From Octopus bimaculoides (Eukaryota), in assembly GCF_001194135.2 (NCBI RefSeq), contig NC_068996.1, positions 20,805,579-20,869,578 on the forward strand: a stretch of 64,000 nt of DNA, given 5' to 3'. Below the pieces are notes generated by a model. It was not told the origin of the DNA. It worked only from the letters and a program-made list of their open reading frames with translations, and did no database searches. Each line of letters opens with the position of its first letter. Position 1 is the stretch's first letter. The position numbers were made by a program, and so were the translations under genes. This document shows, piece by piece, positions 1-12,323 of this stretch.

Positions 1-270
1 TTTCGAGCGAGATCGTTGCCAGTGCCCCTGGACTGGCTTGTGCGGGTGGCACATAAAAGACACCATTTCGAGCGTTGCCGTTTTCGTGCGGGTGACACGT
101 AAAAGCACCCACTACACTCTCTGAGTGGTTGGCGTTAGGAAGGGCATCCAGCTGTAGAAACTCTGCCAAATCAGACTGGAGCCTGGTATTGCCATCCGGT
201 TTCACCAGTCCTCAGTCAAATCGTCCAACCCATGCTAGCATGGAAAGCGGACGTTAAACGATGATGATGA
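1..270 (+). mobile_element. RTE-tailed SINE-like element (family C), 5' part outside window
   Basis: GCCAGT..ACTGGC modules, GCACCCACTACACTCTCTGAGTGGTTGGCGTTAGGAAGGGCATCCAGCTGTAGAAAC, terminal CCAACCCATGCTAGCATGGAAAGCGGACGTTAAAC followed by (GAT)n. Near-identical to 7088-7467. Confidence 0.85.
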
Positions 271-389
271 TAATGCAGAATTCCATGCAGCTGGAGAAGC
301 ATATAAACCATAAAAAGTCAGGAGTTATGAGGGTGAATAGATTTATTCAACCACCTGTTATCCTTAGGAATATGGCTGTTTTGCAACCT

Positions 390-1160
390 TCATCATCATC
401 ATCACCATAATCATCATTAGCATCTACTTTCTATGTTGGCATGGGTTAGATGGTTTGACTGAAACTGGTAAGCTGGAGAGCTGCAACAGGTTCCAATCTA
501 ATTTGGCATAGTTTCTACGATTGGACGCCCTTCATAATGCCAACCACTCCAACAGTGTAATGGATGCATTTTACATGCCACCAGCATGAGTGCCAGTTAT
601 GTGACACCAGCATTGGTCACAACTGTGATTTCACTTGTCTTAATGAGTCTTCTCAATCATGGCATAATGCCAAAGGCCTTAGTCACTTATCATCTTCATG
701 AGGCCCAATGTTCAAAGATCATGCTTCACCACCTCGTCCCATGTCTTCCTGGGTCTACCCCTTCCACAGGTTCCTTCTGCAGTTTGAAATTGGCATATTT
801 TATACAGCTATCCTCGTTCATACATATCACATGACCATACCAGTGCAGTCATCTCTCTTGCACACCACATCTAATGTTTCTTGTGCCCAGCTTTTCTTTC
901 AACATGCTTACACACTGTCGTACATGCACACTGACATTGCTCATCCAGCGAAGCATACTAGTTTCACTTCTTTCAAGCTTATGCATGTCCTCGACAGTCA
1001 CAGCCCATGTTTCACTGCTATGTAGTATGTTGTTCACACACAGGCATCATATAATATGCCTTTCACTCTCAGGGAGAAACCCTTTGTTACCAACAGAGGT
1101 AGGAGCTCTCTAAACTTTGCCCAGCCTATTCTTATTCTAGCAGCTATGATCTTAAAGCGT
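390..1160 (-). mobile_element. RTE-clade LINE, 5'-truncated 3' end with (GAT)n tail
   Basis: Minus-strand ORF LHSSETWAVTVEDMHKLERSETSMLRWMSNVSVHVRQ is typical of the RTE ORF C-terminus; followed by a family-C-like 3' UTR and a (CAT)n run at about 390-417. Confidence 0.85.
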
Positions 1161-1299
1161 CATGTAATAATAATTTCAATTATACACTGAAATTATTATT
1201 ACATGCTGAAGATTGTGAAATGGCCATTGTTCCAAGGATAACAAGTGGTTGAATAAATTTATTCACCTCTCATACCTCCTGACATTTTATGACTTATAT

Positions 1300-1473
1300 N
1301 NNNNNNNNNNNNNNNNNNNNNNNNNNNNNNNNNNNNNNNNNNNNNNNNNNNNNNNNNNNNNNNNNNNNNNNNNNNNNNNNNNNNNNNNNNNNNNNNNNNN
1401 NNNNNNNNNNNNNNNNNNNNNNNNNNNNNNNNNNNNNNNNNNNNNNNNNNNNNNNNNNNNNNNNNNNNNNNNN
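1300..1473. other. Assembly gap (174 N)
   Basis: N run abutting (TA)n. Confidence 0.99.
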
Positions 1474-1513
<40 letters not shown>

Positions 1514-1619
1514 TATATTATATTATATTATTTACATACATACAGTGAAGTAAACGCAGGTTGAAACCTATTTGAACTTATACAATATGCCTGGGAAATA
1601 TACATGCAAGATTTCTTTT

Positions 1620-3575
1620 CAGATGCAGAATGCTGTCCCCCATTCCTGTGTCTCCTTGGCCCACACCTTCGACACCCTTAGAGTTGACATGCACAATGTG
1701 GGCACATTGAAAGATAGGTCTGATAAGATTGTTGAGGTGCTTGAATGGAGATGTATAGATGTGTGTTGCATCCAAGGAGTAAGGTGGAGAGGAGGTTCTG
1801 CCAGGTTCCTCACAGTCAAAGAGCATAGGTATAAAATCTGGGTATGGAACAGTGTTGGAATTGGTGGTGTGGGCATACTTCTTGCTTAGAAATGGGTTGA
1901 TAAAGTAATCCGGATAGTCAGAGTGTGTGATATAATATTTAAGTTTTGCAAAGTGGAACAGCAACTATTATCTTAGCCTGTGCCCCTCAGCCAAGACTAC
2001 CTGATGAACAGAAAAATTGATTTTATGACACCATTTTGTAGACTACCTCGTCAACAAATGACAATTACCTTCTTTTTGTGGCTGGTGATCTTAATGGGAA
2101 TGTTGGGCAACATCCAGATAGCTTCCATAGTGTGCATGGTGGCAATAGATTTAGTTCCCACAATGAGGAAGGAACCAGGCTGCTGGGGTTCTGTAATGAC
2201 CTTATGTTCTGCAAATGACCTTATGATCTGCAATACTAACTTTGGGAACTCACCAGTCACCTATTTGCCTAATACAGATAGGAGTTCACCAAGGTTAAGT
2301 TCTCAGCCTCCTCTTGTTTATCTCAGTCCTCCAGGCTTTAGTAGAGGAATTCTAGACTGGTTGCCCCTAGGAGCTCCTCTATGTTGACAACCTTATTTTT
2401 ATAGATGAATCACTGCCTGACCCAGAGAAGAAATTTCAGGTGTGGAAGCAAGGCTGGGAATCTAAGGGTGTTAGAGTTAATTTAAGGCCTTGGAGTTAAT
2501 TTACTAAAAATCAAAGTCCTAGTAAGTAGGAAAACAGACAAATCACAAGTCTCTTCAGGAAGCTGCTTGATATGTAAGAAGGGTGTTGGTAGAAACTCCA
2601 TACATTGTACCCAGTGCAAGCTTTTGACACAAAAGAGGCTTTTCACACACAGGAAGGTTAACAGAGAATATAGTCTTTGTGTGTGGCAAATGTGCAGGTA
2701 CAATATGTACTAAAAATTCACAGATAATAGACTCTATAAAATACTTAGGAGGATCATTAGAAGTAATAGAGGGTTAGGCAAAGCTCAGAGAGCTTCTACC
2801 TTTGTTGGTAACTAAAGGCCTTTCCCTCAGAGTAAAAGGCATGTTGTATGATGCCTGTGTATGTACAGCTATGTTACATGGCAGTGGAACATAGGTTTTG
2901 ACTAGAGAGGAGGCTTCAAAGAAATGAAGCTAACATGCTCTGCTGGATGGGTAATGTCAGTGTGCATGCATGGCAAATTGTAAATAATTTAAGAGAAAAA
3001 CTGAGCATGAGAGGCATCAGATATTGTGTGCAAGAGAGAAGACTGAACTGGTTTGTCATGTGATGCATATGGATGAGGACAGCTGTGTAAAGAAGTGCCA
3101 ATTTCTAATTGTTGAGGAAATCTGTAGAAAGGGTAAACCCAGAAAGACGTGGGATGAAATGGTGAGAAAGGATCTTTGAATGCTAGGCCTTACTGGGGAA
3201 TGACAAGGAACTGGGGAATGTGGCTATTTGCTGTACTTGATAAGACACGTCAATCTAAGTAAAATTGCTGTCTTCCATATGTACAAGCTTGTCCTTTCAG
3301 GTGCCAGTACCACATAAAAAGCACCCATGCCAGTACTGTGTAAACACACTCATGCTGGTGCTGCATAAACGCACTTGTGCTGGTGGCACATAAAAGGTAC
3401 CCAGCACAGTTAAGTGGTTGGCATTAGGAAGGACATCCAGCCATATAGAAACCATAGAAATAACAGACAATTGGAGTCTGGACAACTTCCAAGCTCACCA
3501 ACTCCATGTCAAATCATCCAACCCATGCCAGCATGGAAAACAGATGTGAAGCAATGATGATGATAATGACGATAT
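1620..3575 (+). mobile_element. RTE-clade LINE, internally deleted and decayed (APE endonuclease plus RT C-terminal half plus tail)
   Basis: APE N-terminus TLRVDMHNVGTL..IDVCCIQGVRWRGGSARFL..GIGGVGILLA. At about 2265-2280 it jumps to RT motifs VGVHQG*VLSLLLF..ELLYVDNL (decayed YADD), then KGLSLRVKGMLYDAC..MLHG, then the shared 3' tail and (GAT)n. Multiple stops and frameshifts. Confidence 0.88.
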
Positions 3576-3609
3576 ATATATATCAGGTCATCCTCTAAGT
3601 AATGTCTGG

Positions 3610-3730
3610 ATGGTGACCAGTAAATTCCACCGCGGTAAATTCCACCATGAAAATTTCCACCGGGTAAATTTCACCATAGGTAAATTCCACCACAGTATAT
3701 TCTATCATGGTAAATTTCACTATAGGTGAA
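3610..3730 (+). repeat. About 15-bp tandem array (GGTAAATTCCACCAY, about 7-8 units) after an ATGGTGACCAGTAA leader
   Basis: Direct reading of the units; followed by (ATT)n. Confidence 0.85.
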
Positions 3731-3732
3731 AT

Positions 3733-3733
3733 A

Positions 3734-3778
<45 letters not shown>

Positions 3779-3972
3779 TTATGTTTGACTTTTGTTTTGC
3801 ATTTGTACAAGTTGGATCCAAGTCTCACCCAGAGACCTCAAGAGACAACAAGTTAGAAGTTCATGTAGGTGTTATGCCTAGGGTACCATATATTTGGATT
3901 TGTACAGTTTTGTTCAAGTGAATGTTTAAGAAACCATAAGAAAAATTATTATTATTATTATTATTATTATTA

Positions 3973-4028
<56 letters not shown>

Positions 4029-4030
4029 TT
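3733..4030. repeat. (ATT)n microsatellites; representative of many (TA)n, (CA)n, (AAT)n and (GAT)n tracts across the window (e.g. 16260-16310, 17765-17905, 30470-30575, 32590-32652, 49420-49478)
   Basis: Direct reading; they produce the poly-I/Y/L and YIYI pseudo-ORFs in the track. Confidence 0.95.
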
Positions 4031-5116
4031 ATGGGTTACAATATTATGGAAATAAAAAAAGAATGCATAAAAATAATATCAATAATGTCAATGAATACAA
4101 AAAATATGAGGGAGAAAAAATAATTAAGGAACAATCACACAAAGAAATACACTTGTTGCACACACACACACACACACACGCACACAACAGTCTTTTTTCA
4201 GTTTTTGTGCACCAAATCCACTTACATGGCTGTGATCAGCTTGGAGGTGTAGTAGAAAACATGATTAGTGCTGTAATGGTGGTGTAGTTGTAATGTTGTG
4301 TCCAAACTACATGACATATTTTGAGCAGTCTATAGCAGGGAAAACAAAATTACATAAACGAGTTTATCTTATTTTGTCCTCAGCACTGATTGAACCTTTT
4401 ATTTTCCTCTTGCCTAAAATATAGATTTCTTGACCTGAGTAAAAATGGAATACATTTTAAAAGTTTAAAAGTTCAGAATAATAATATATTCACCTTACTT
4501 TTGGGGTGACACACAAAATTTTTTGTTGTCAGATTAGAAAATAAACAAATTTGTTAAACAATACTAGACTTTAAATATCTATTGAAAAATGTTGGAGTAA
4601 ACATCTATGTTAACCTGAATAGGATTTGTTAAAAACATAAATAGTCCTTTTCAACAGATAAGTCCTGAAAATACAGGAAATCATTGGACCATGAAATAAT
4701 AATTAATCTTTAAGGATTTCAGTTAAGTGTTTATCTCTTCCATGCCTAACAGATGACAGAAACAAGATAATGAAATACATCTTAAGATTATCTGTTTAGC
4801 TATGCTTGAAACAACTATTTAGACAATAGAAGCAATAACAAATAGGAAGGATAAAGTTTAAGGACACCAAGAGAGCTGTGAATGGGTAAGTATGCTGGTA
4901 TGCCAGACAAAATACCATAAATTATTTTCATTTACTTCCATTCAAAGGTCACAGTATGTCAGCATTGGTTTTGTTTTGCACCCCAGACCTGGTTGGATTC
5001 ATTAGCAAGATTTGATTCTTTGTAAAAATTTTAAATCAGAAATTTATTCTGAGATAAAATTATATTTGTTAAAACTTGTCCCTCATGTTCTGTCTTCCAT
5101 TTGGGCTCATCGCCTT

Positions 5117-5169
<53 letters not shown>

Positions 5170-5172
<3 letters not shown>

Positions 5173-5750
5173 GGTGCGATGGGTAAATTGTCGCCATTCT
5201 ATATTTTTAATTTCGTGCATGCACATTGTTTGTTTTTGATTTGCTGACTACACAGTATAGTAGGGTAAGTTGGGTACTGTTTGTGATAAAAACAGCACCA
5301 TGATGCAATTCACTTTACCAGAAATTTGAAAACAACATGTACTGCTTGGCATTCGCACTGGAAGCTCCAATACAAATATTTCAGAGTGTTTGGGTGTCAC
5401 TCTGAGGACGTACTGAGGGGGATAAAAATCAAACATCCAGTCAACATTGTGGTGTTTGGAGTGATCACTTGTGGTGGCGACATTATGCCTCCATTCATCT
5501 TCCCACACGGCCTCAGACTCAACATGGAGGCCTACATCAAGTGTCTGGAGAATGTAGTGCTGCCCTGGATCAAGAGGATGGCTACTGGAAGACACTTTGT
5601 CTGGCAACAGGACTCTGCATCATGCCACACAAGCAGGAGAACCCAGTCATGGCTGTCAGACAGTTTCTGCCACCACATCACCCCTAACATCTGGCCACCT
5701 AACTCCCCAGACTGCAACTCTCTTGATTATTATGTGTGGGGTGCAGTTGA
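5170..5750 (+). mobile_element. Tc1/mariner DD37D (maT-type) transposon remnant, internally deleted and 3'-truncated
   Basis: TA|CAGGGTG terminus after (TA)n. Peptide KHPVNIVVFGVIT..FVWQQDSASCHTS..WPPNSPDCNSLDYYVWG with 37 residues between the 2nd and 3rd catalytic Asp. Deletion near 5413 removes most of the HTH region and the first Asp; no right TIR seen. Confidence 0.85.
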
Positions 5751-7087
5751 TTTATATATTAATATAGTGATACACATAAAGCTTTTCCAGATTATAATGA
5801 ACAGCTATGGCATCATCATCATTTAACAAGCCATGTTTCCATGTTGGTATGGTTTGGATAGTTTGATGAGTCAGAGGACAACACCAAACTCCAATATCTC
5901 TTTTGGCATGATTTCTACTGCTGTTTTAACATCTACTTTTCCATGATTGCATGGGTCTGACAAGACTATGTTAGAACAGAACCCTTCCCATTATCTAACC
6001 ACCTCCTCTTGTTTCCAAATGGGGTTATAATCTCCCAGTCTATCAAGCAACAAACAGCCTGGACATGTGTTCATGGTGGACTACAAGCAAATGACACCAT
6101 GATGAAGCATTATTTACAAACCAATGAGTATTTAGCCCATTGCTATGTTGAGTTCAAATTCCGCTGAGGTTGACTTCGCCTTTCATACTTTTGGGGGTCG
6201 ATTAGACAAGTACCAGTTGAACTCTGGGTTTGATGTTATCGACTCATCCCCACCTCCCCCAAGCTGCCCCTGTGGCAAAAATTTGAAATGAATATTTGCA
6301 AACCAGTGAAAGCCAGCAAAATATGAAATACAGTGCTATAGTACAAGGCACTTGTCCAAAGTGTCAAACAGTGGGTCTGACTCTGAAACCACATGGCTGG
6401 GAAGACAACCTTTTAACCACACAACCATGCCTGTTACCTCACAGCTGTATCTCTGTCTATATACACATGTATGTGTTTGTATAAACATGTGTATACATAA
6501 ATACCTTGTGAATATTCCAGCTGTAAGGTCTATTTTGCCTTTCATCCTTCAGAGTAAACAAAATAAAGTACCAGTGAAGTGTTTGGGTTGATTTTGTCTA
6601 TTATTTTTTCGCCTTGTGTATTTCTGATCTTCTGCCTATGGTAGAAATCATCATCATCATCATCATTATTATTAAATTATTATAAAATTGTTAAGATGCC
6701 AGGCAAAATGCTTATCAGTATTGTGCAACTTTGTTCTGAGTACAAATTTTGCCGAGATTAATTTTGCCTTTCTTGACTGATAAATTAAGTACAAGTCAAG
6801 TATAGGGGTTGATGTGATCGACTATTTCCGTCTCACAAAATTTCAGGCCTTGTGCTGTTTTTTTTTGCCAAAACAACAAACTTTCGGGGTGTGTTAATTA
6901 CATGAACAGATTGTTTCCAGAAGTTTTTTAGAAATTTTTTGTTGAAAAATGATGTACAAATGTAAACATTCATACGGGAAGTTACTCATTTAATGTCAGA
7001 ATAAGTTTTCACAAATATAATGAAGTTGACTTTTATTTATGCTGGACGGTATAATTATTATTTTTATTATTGTTGTTATTATTATTA

Positions 7088-7467
7088 AAGCGAAATCGTG
7101 ATGGCACCTGTGCCCAGCGACGCCTTTCTGGCACTTGTGCCCACGGCATGTGTAAGGACTTTCGAGCGAGATCGTTGCCAGTGCCCCTGGACTGGCTCCT
7201 GTGCAGGTAGCACATAAAATACACCATTTTGTGAGTGGCCGTTGCCAGTACCACCTGACTGGCCTTCGTGCCGGTGGCACGTAAAAGCACCCACTACACT
7301 CTCTGAGTGGTTGGCGTTAGGAAGGGCATCCAGCTGTAGAAACTCTGCCAAATCAGATTGGAGCCTGGTGTAGCCATCTGGTTTCACCAGTCCTCAGTCA
7401 AATTGTCCAACCAATGCCAGCATGGAAAGCGGACGTTAAACGACGACGACGATGATGATGATGATGA
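7088..7467 (+). mobile_element. Family C RTE-tailed element, young copy (other young copies 18995-19177, 31424-31633, 36763-37117)
   Basis: High mutual identity, CpG-rich, (GAC/GAT)n tail. Many older tails in both orientations, e.g. 9520-9660, 18560-18960, 37160-37450, 40900-41080, 42050-42240, 55380-55520. Confidence 0.85.
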
Positions 7468-7677
7468 TTTCTCTTAGGCATAACAGTATTAATAACCAAT
7501 TGTTAGAATTCAGTAAACATATGCTTCAGAATCTAAATGACAAAGGAGCATGAATTATATAATCAATTTCCTGTTTTCTTCCATAAGAAGCTGAATACCT
7601 GTGCAATATCTCATGGCTTACTCTGAGTGATTAATATATATATATAATTTTTGATACATGTATATATATGTGTGTGT

Positions 7678-8058
7678 GGAGGCCAATGGCCCAGTGGTTA
7701 GGGCAGCAGACTCGCGGTCATAGGATCGCGGTTTCGATTCCCAGACTGGGCGTTGTGAGTGTTTATTGAGCGAAAACACCTAAAGCTCCATGAGGCTCCG
7801 GCAGGGGATGGTGGCGAACCCTGCTGTACTCTTTCACACAACTTTCTCTCACTCTTTCTTCCTGTTTCTGTTGTACCTCTAATTCAAAGGGCCAGCCTTG
7901 TCACACTGCGTCACGCTGAATATCCCCGAGAACTACGTTAAGGGTACACGTGTCTGTGGAGTGCTCAGCCACTTGCACGTTAATTTCACGAGCAGGATGT
8001 TCCGTTGATCGGATCAACTGGAACCCTCGACGTCGTAAGCGATGGAGTGCCAACAACA
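7678..8058 (+). mobile_element. tRNA-Arg-derived SINE (resembles octopus OR-type SINEs); related copies 24290-24475 (-), 25540-25820 (-), 44820-45030 (+)
   Basis: Head GGAGGCCAATGGCCCAGTGGTTAGGGCAGCAGACTCGCGGTC..GGTTTCGATTCCC with A and B boxes and a TCG anticodon-like loop; about 300-bp body; ends CAACAACA. The family name is from memory, not verified. Confidence 0.75.
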
Positions 8059-8093
8059 TATATGTGTGTGTGTGTATGTATATATATATATAT

Positions 8094-8766
8094 NNNNNNN
8101 NNNNNNNNNNNNNNNNNNNNNNNNNNNNNNNNNNNNNNNNNNNNNNNNNNNNNNNNNNNNNNNNNNNNNNNNNNNNNNNNNNNNNNNNNNNNNNNNNNNN
8201 NNNNNNNNNNNNNNNNNNNNNNNNNNNNNNNNNNNNNNNNNNNNNNNNNNNNNNNNNNNNNNNNNNNNNNNNNNNNNNNNNNNNNNNNNNNNNNNNNNNN
8301 NNNNNNNNNNNNNNNNNNNNNNNNNNNNNNNNNNNNNNNNNNNNNNNNNNNNNNNNNNNNNNNNNNNNNNNNNNNNNNNNNNNNNNNNNNNNNNNNNNNN
8401 NNNNNNNNNNNNNNNNNNNNNNNNNNNNNNNNNNNNNNNNNNNNNNNNNNNNNNNNNNNNNNNNNNNNNNNNNNNNNNNNNNNNNNNNNNNNNNNNNNNN
8501 NNNNNNNNNNNNNNNNNNNNNNNNNNNNNNNNNNNNNNNNNNNNNNNNNNNNNNNNNNNNNNNNNNNNNNNNNNNNNNNNNNNNNNNNNNNNNNNNNNNN
8601 NNNNNNNNNNNNNNNNNNNNNNNNNNNNNNNNNNNNNNNNNNNNNNNNNNNNNNNNNNNNNNNNNNNNNNNNNNNNNNNNNNNNNNNNNNNNNNNNNNNN
8701 NNNNNNNNNNNNNNNNNNNNNNNNNNNNNNNNNNNNNNNNNNNNNNNNNNNNNNNNNNNNNNNNNN
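8094..8766. other. Assembly gap (673 N)
   Basis: N run after (TG)n(TA)n. Confidence 0.99.
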
Positions 8767-9062
8767 GTTAGTAACCATACACATTTGAATTAAACTCTAC
8801 ATACTAAGTTTATATTGATTTAATAAGAATAGATATAATAGCACAATATGACATTTTTACCAATTATATCTACTTGAACTTTATTATACTTAACACTCCA
8901 GATAAATATATATCTTTACAACTCCATTATACACAACCTCACTCCCCTTCTAAGGTTTCTACCATTTTTATGCTATGTTGTTTATGTTTAAATTTTATCA
9001 GTTAATGTTTTGCAGACGTTTACTCAACATGAAGAAATTGAACACATACTTTATATATCTTT

Positions 9063-9152
9063 ATCTACCTCTGAAGAGATTTGACTTTCAAATAATTTTT
9101 GATTTAATTAATTAATTTTCTGAGGATCTGAATTGAAACAGCTGTAAGGGAT
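9063..9152 (+). ncRNA. Minimal type I hammerhead ribozyme motif (Penelope-like)
   Basis: ATC-TA-CCT|CTGAAGA(9071-9077)|stem II with long loop|GAAAC-AGCT-GTA(9135-9146)|AGG-GAT. Stem I is CCT/AGG plus ATC/GAT; stem III ACAGCTGT is palindromic. Confidence 0.6.
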
Positions 9153-9444
9153 GCTTATCAATTTTTTAATTAATAAATAATGATTTATTAATTACTTCTC
9201 TATTTGCTTATCTTATTATTATAATAAATAAAATATATATAAACCACAGTTTATATAGTTACCTTGCAGTTGAGTATTAAATATAATGTTCAATACTCTT
9301 TGTATAGGTAATTAACTAGTACTTTCATAGGATTTTGTTATCCCTGAATGAGGTTTGTAACCTTTAATTGTGCTTATATATATATGTGTGTGTGTGTGCC
9401 CCAGCATAGCAACAGTCTAATACCTGAAACATGCAAAAGATAAA

Positions 9445-9507
<63 letters not shown>

Positions 9508-12323
9508 ATCATCATCATCATTTGACATCCATGTTCCATTTGGCATGGGTTGGACAGTTCGACATGAACAGACAAGACAGAGGTCTGCATTGAGCACTAA
9601 TGCCTACTTTGGCATAGTTTCTACTGCTGGATTTGCTTTCTAACACCAACCACTTCATGGAATTATATATATATATTGCTATATTTCTCTATGCTATAAT
9701 ATCCTAACATCTAAACTTAGTCATTATCAGTGTTTTTCAATCTCAGTTCATGCTTGTTTCATTAGCATCTATTTTCCTTCTTCTCTTCACATCTCCACCA
9801 CAAGCAAACCTGATGAGCAGAGTTGTTAGCAATGGCATTTCAACCATGACCACCTTGTCTTTTTAGGGGGTTTCTGTAACTAAATTATCTATTAAAAAGC
9901 AGCAGGGTATGAGCCACAAATGGGTACTTCCTCTTTTCTGGCTGGTAGAAAAGAATTGGTTTCCTTTTCATCATCTTTGCTCACCATATTGGTATTTTTG
10001 TCTTTATTCTGTATAATGTATACCATCTTTCTCACTTCCATTTCCATTTGTAAATATACTGTTTTATTTTTCATTTCCTAGGGTAAAGCTGTCCATCCTC
10101 TATCTTGGGTTTCATAGTCTTGCAAGCTGCATGGTAACCATACTAGTGACTGTGTCATGAAAAAAGTATCCAGTACACATGAATTATATAATCAATTTCC
10201 TAGCTTACAGCTGTTTCTGCATCGTGAAAAAGTATCCAGTACACATTGTAAAATAGTTGGCATTAGGGAGGACATCTGGCCATAGAAACCATGCCAAAGT
10301 AAACACTGGAGCCCAATGCAGTTCTTGAACTATTGGATCCTGTCAAGCTAGTACAATAATAAATATTAAATGATAATGATGATGATGATGATGATGAGAT
10401 GTTGATGACAATGATGATGATATTGCATTTCATTTTTCCTGCCAAGGTAAACTTCCATCCTTTCAGGATCAGTAAAGTACCAGTGAAGTATTGGGGTTTA
10501 TAGTATTGACTAACTCCTTACCTCAAAATTGCTGGCCTGGTGCCTAAATTGGAAACAATTATTACTCGTATTATTTGCTTAGTCTATGAGCATTTCTGGC
10601 TTGTGGAATCATGTCAGACATTATTTGGCAAGTGTAGAAGATTGCATCTCTGCTTTCCTTTCGCTAGGATGGGCAATGCTCTTTCCTTGTTGATGGCTGT
10701 GGCAATAAAGATTGTTTGGTGGACAAGATAGAATAAAGTGAATACAGACACTTATATTCTCTAGCCAAATTCTCATCTTTAGGTTACACCTTGAGAGCAA
10801 AGATGAGAATAGAGTGTCATGTGATCCCTGCTGAAAGGTAGGTAAGAACAATTTACATGAATGAATCTATTCTCAGCATGTCCTTGTAGTCTGGCAAACA
10901 CAGTTGAGAGAGGACATTTGCTTTCAATAATCACTTACTCCTAGGTCTGTGAGGTTCTGTGATCGTATCTAGACAGCTGTTCTCATATTGGGACATCATG
11001 AAATGGTTTTGTAATTTGTTCTTCATTCATTACTCTTACAACAAATGTATTATGATTAGGTGTTTGTGTGGTTGAACAGTATGCTGCTAAATCACTTGAT
11101 TTCAAGTTCAACTCCACTACATGGCACATTAGGAAAATGTTTTCTACTACAAACTTTATTTGATAATTCATCATTTTTCTCCTTAAGTCTTTTATTTTGG
11201 TGAATTGTTGTTTCTATCAACTGGCCACTGTTTGAAATAATAATTGATAGAAAAATTTACACAGTAATTCTGTGACCTGATCACTGACAGTGGAATTGTG
11301 TGAAAGACCAAGGTACAGAAATACTGGGACTATCATGAAGAATATAAATAAATGAGAAATAAATATCTCAGTTTCTGTGTTTTTTTAAATGACTCTTCTA
11401 TGATGTCATTGTTTTAGTTTTAACACATGATCTCAGGTCAAGTCACTTCACAAACAAGTTCAACTCTAAAATGCACACATCGTGTCTTCTATGTATGTTG
11501 TGAATATTGTGACTGTATGTAACAGTATCTTTATCTCGTATGTGTGGGTGTGGTATAAATATGTTGTTGAATGTATTTTCATGGAGTCTTGCATTGCCGG
11601 ATATTTGGTTGTAACTTAAGCAAGTCTGTTGTTGTGGAGCTGTTTTCTTTTTAGAGGTGTGGTGGTTATGCAGAGTTAAGGTTAGTACCTTGAGAATCAT
11701 GTGAGGATGTGAATGTGGTGATGTCATGTGAATGCATTTTGTGAATGTGTAGAAAGGACATGTAGATTGGGAAAGAGAAAGTGAGAGAACAGTTTCCTGT
11801 TATATTCCAGTCAGGATATTGTAAGTTTTGATTTTATTCATTAACTAGGATTGGTGACTTTACAGGCAGTCTACCAACCAATGATTGCTGTTGTTTCTTA
11901 AGATGATGTAGAGTATTTTAGTGTATGATAGGGTAGCAGGAAATGGAGCCAAAAGATTTTTGATGTTGATGATACTTAAAATGGTGGAAGTTCTTATGTT
12001 GGTGAAGCTATTATATATTCTCTGTGTTGACTTGTTTGGTAGTTGTTTAGCCAGCCCCAGGTCAGCTCTCATTAAACAAATCTAGGATCAAAGGCATCAA
12101 CTCATGACAATTCCATCATCTTTTTATATATTTTGGATTGTATTAGCCAATATTTCCTTTCTTTAAGAGGGTGGTAGGGTATAATTTGAGGGAAATTTGA
12201 CTGCTATTTCTAGTAGGTCAGATGAATACACAGAAGCTCCCCTTTTTTTGTATTTCTTTTTACAAGGGGTTAGGGTTAGTGGTGTCAAGGATTAACCTGT
12301 CTAGGATGTTAGAATGTGTGTAT

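Noticed and set aside
3618-3730. CRISPR-like array
   Set aside because: Contiguous 15-bp units with no unique spacers, in a eukaryotic context with no cas genes
3869-4123. ORFs with poly-Y, poly-I, poly-L or YIYI/HTHT runs throughout the window
   Set aside because: Translations of (ATT)n, (TA)n and (CA)n microsatellites
7950-8793. Long ORFs in the track spanning N runs (also 1249-1564 and 28567-29003)
   Set aside because: Artefacts of translating assembly gaps
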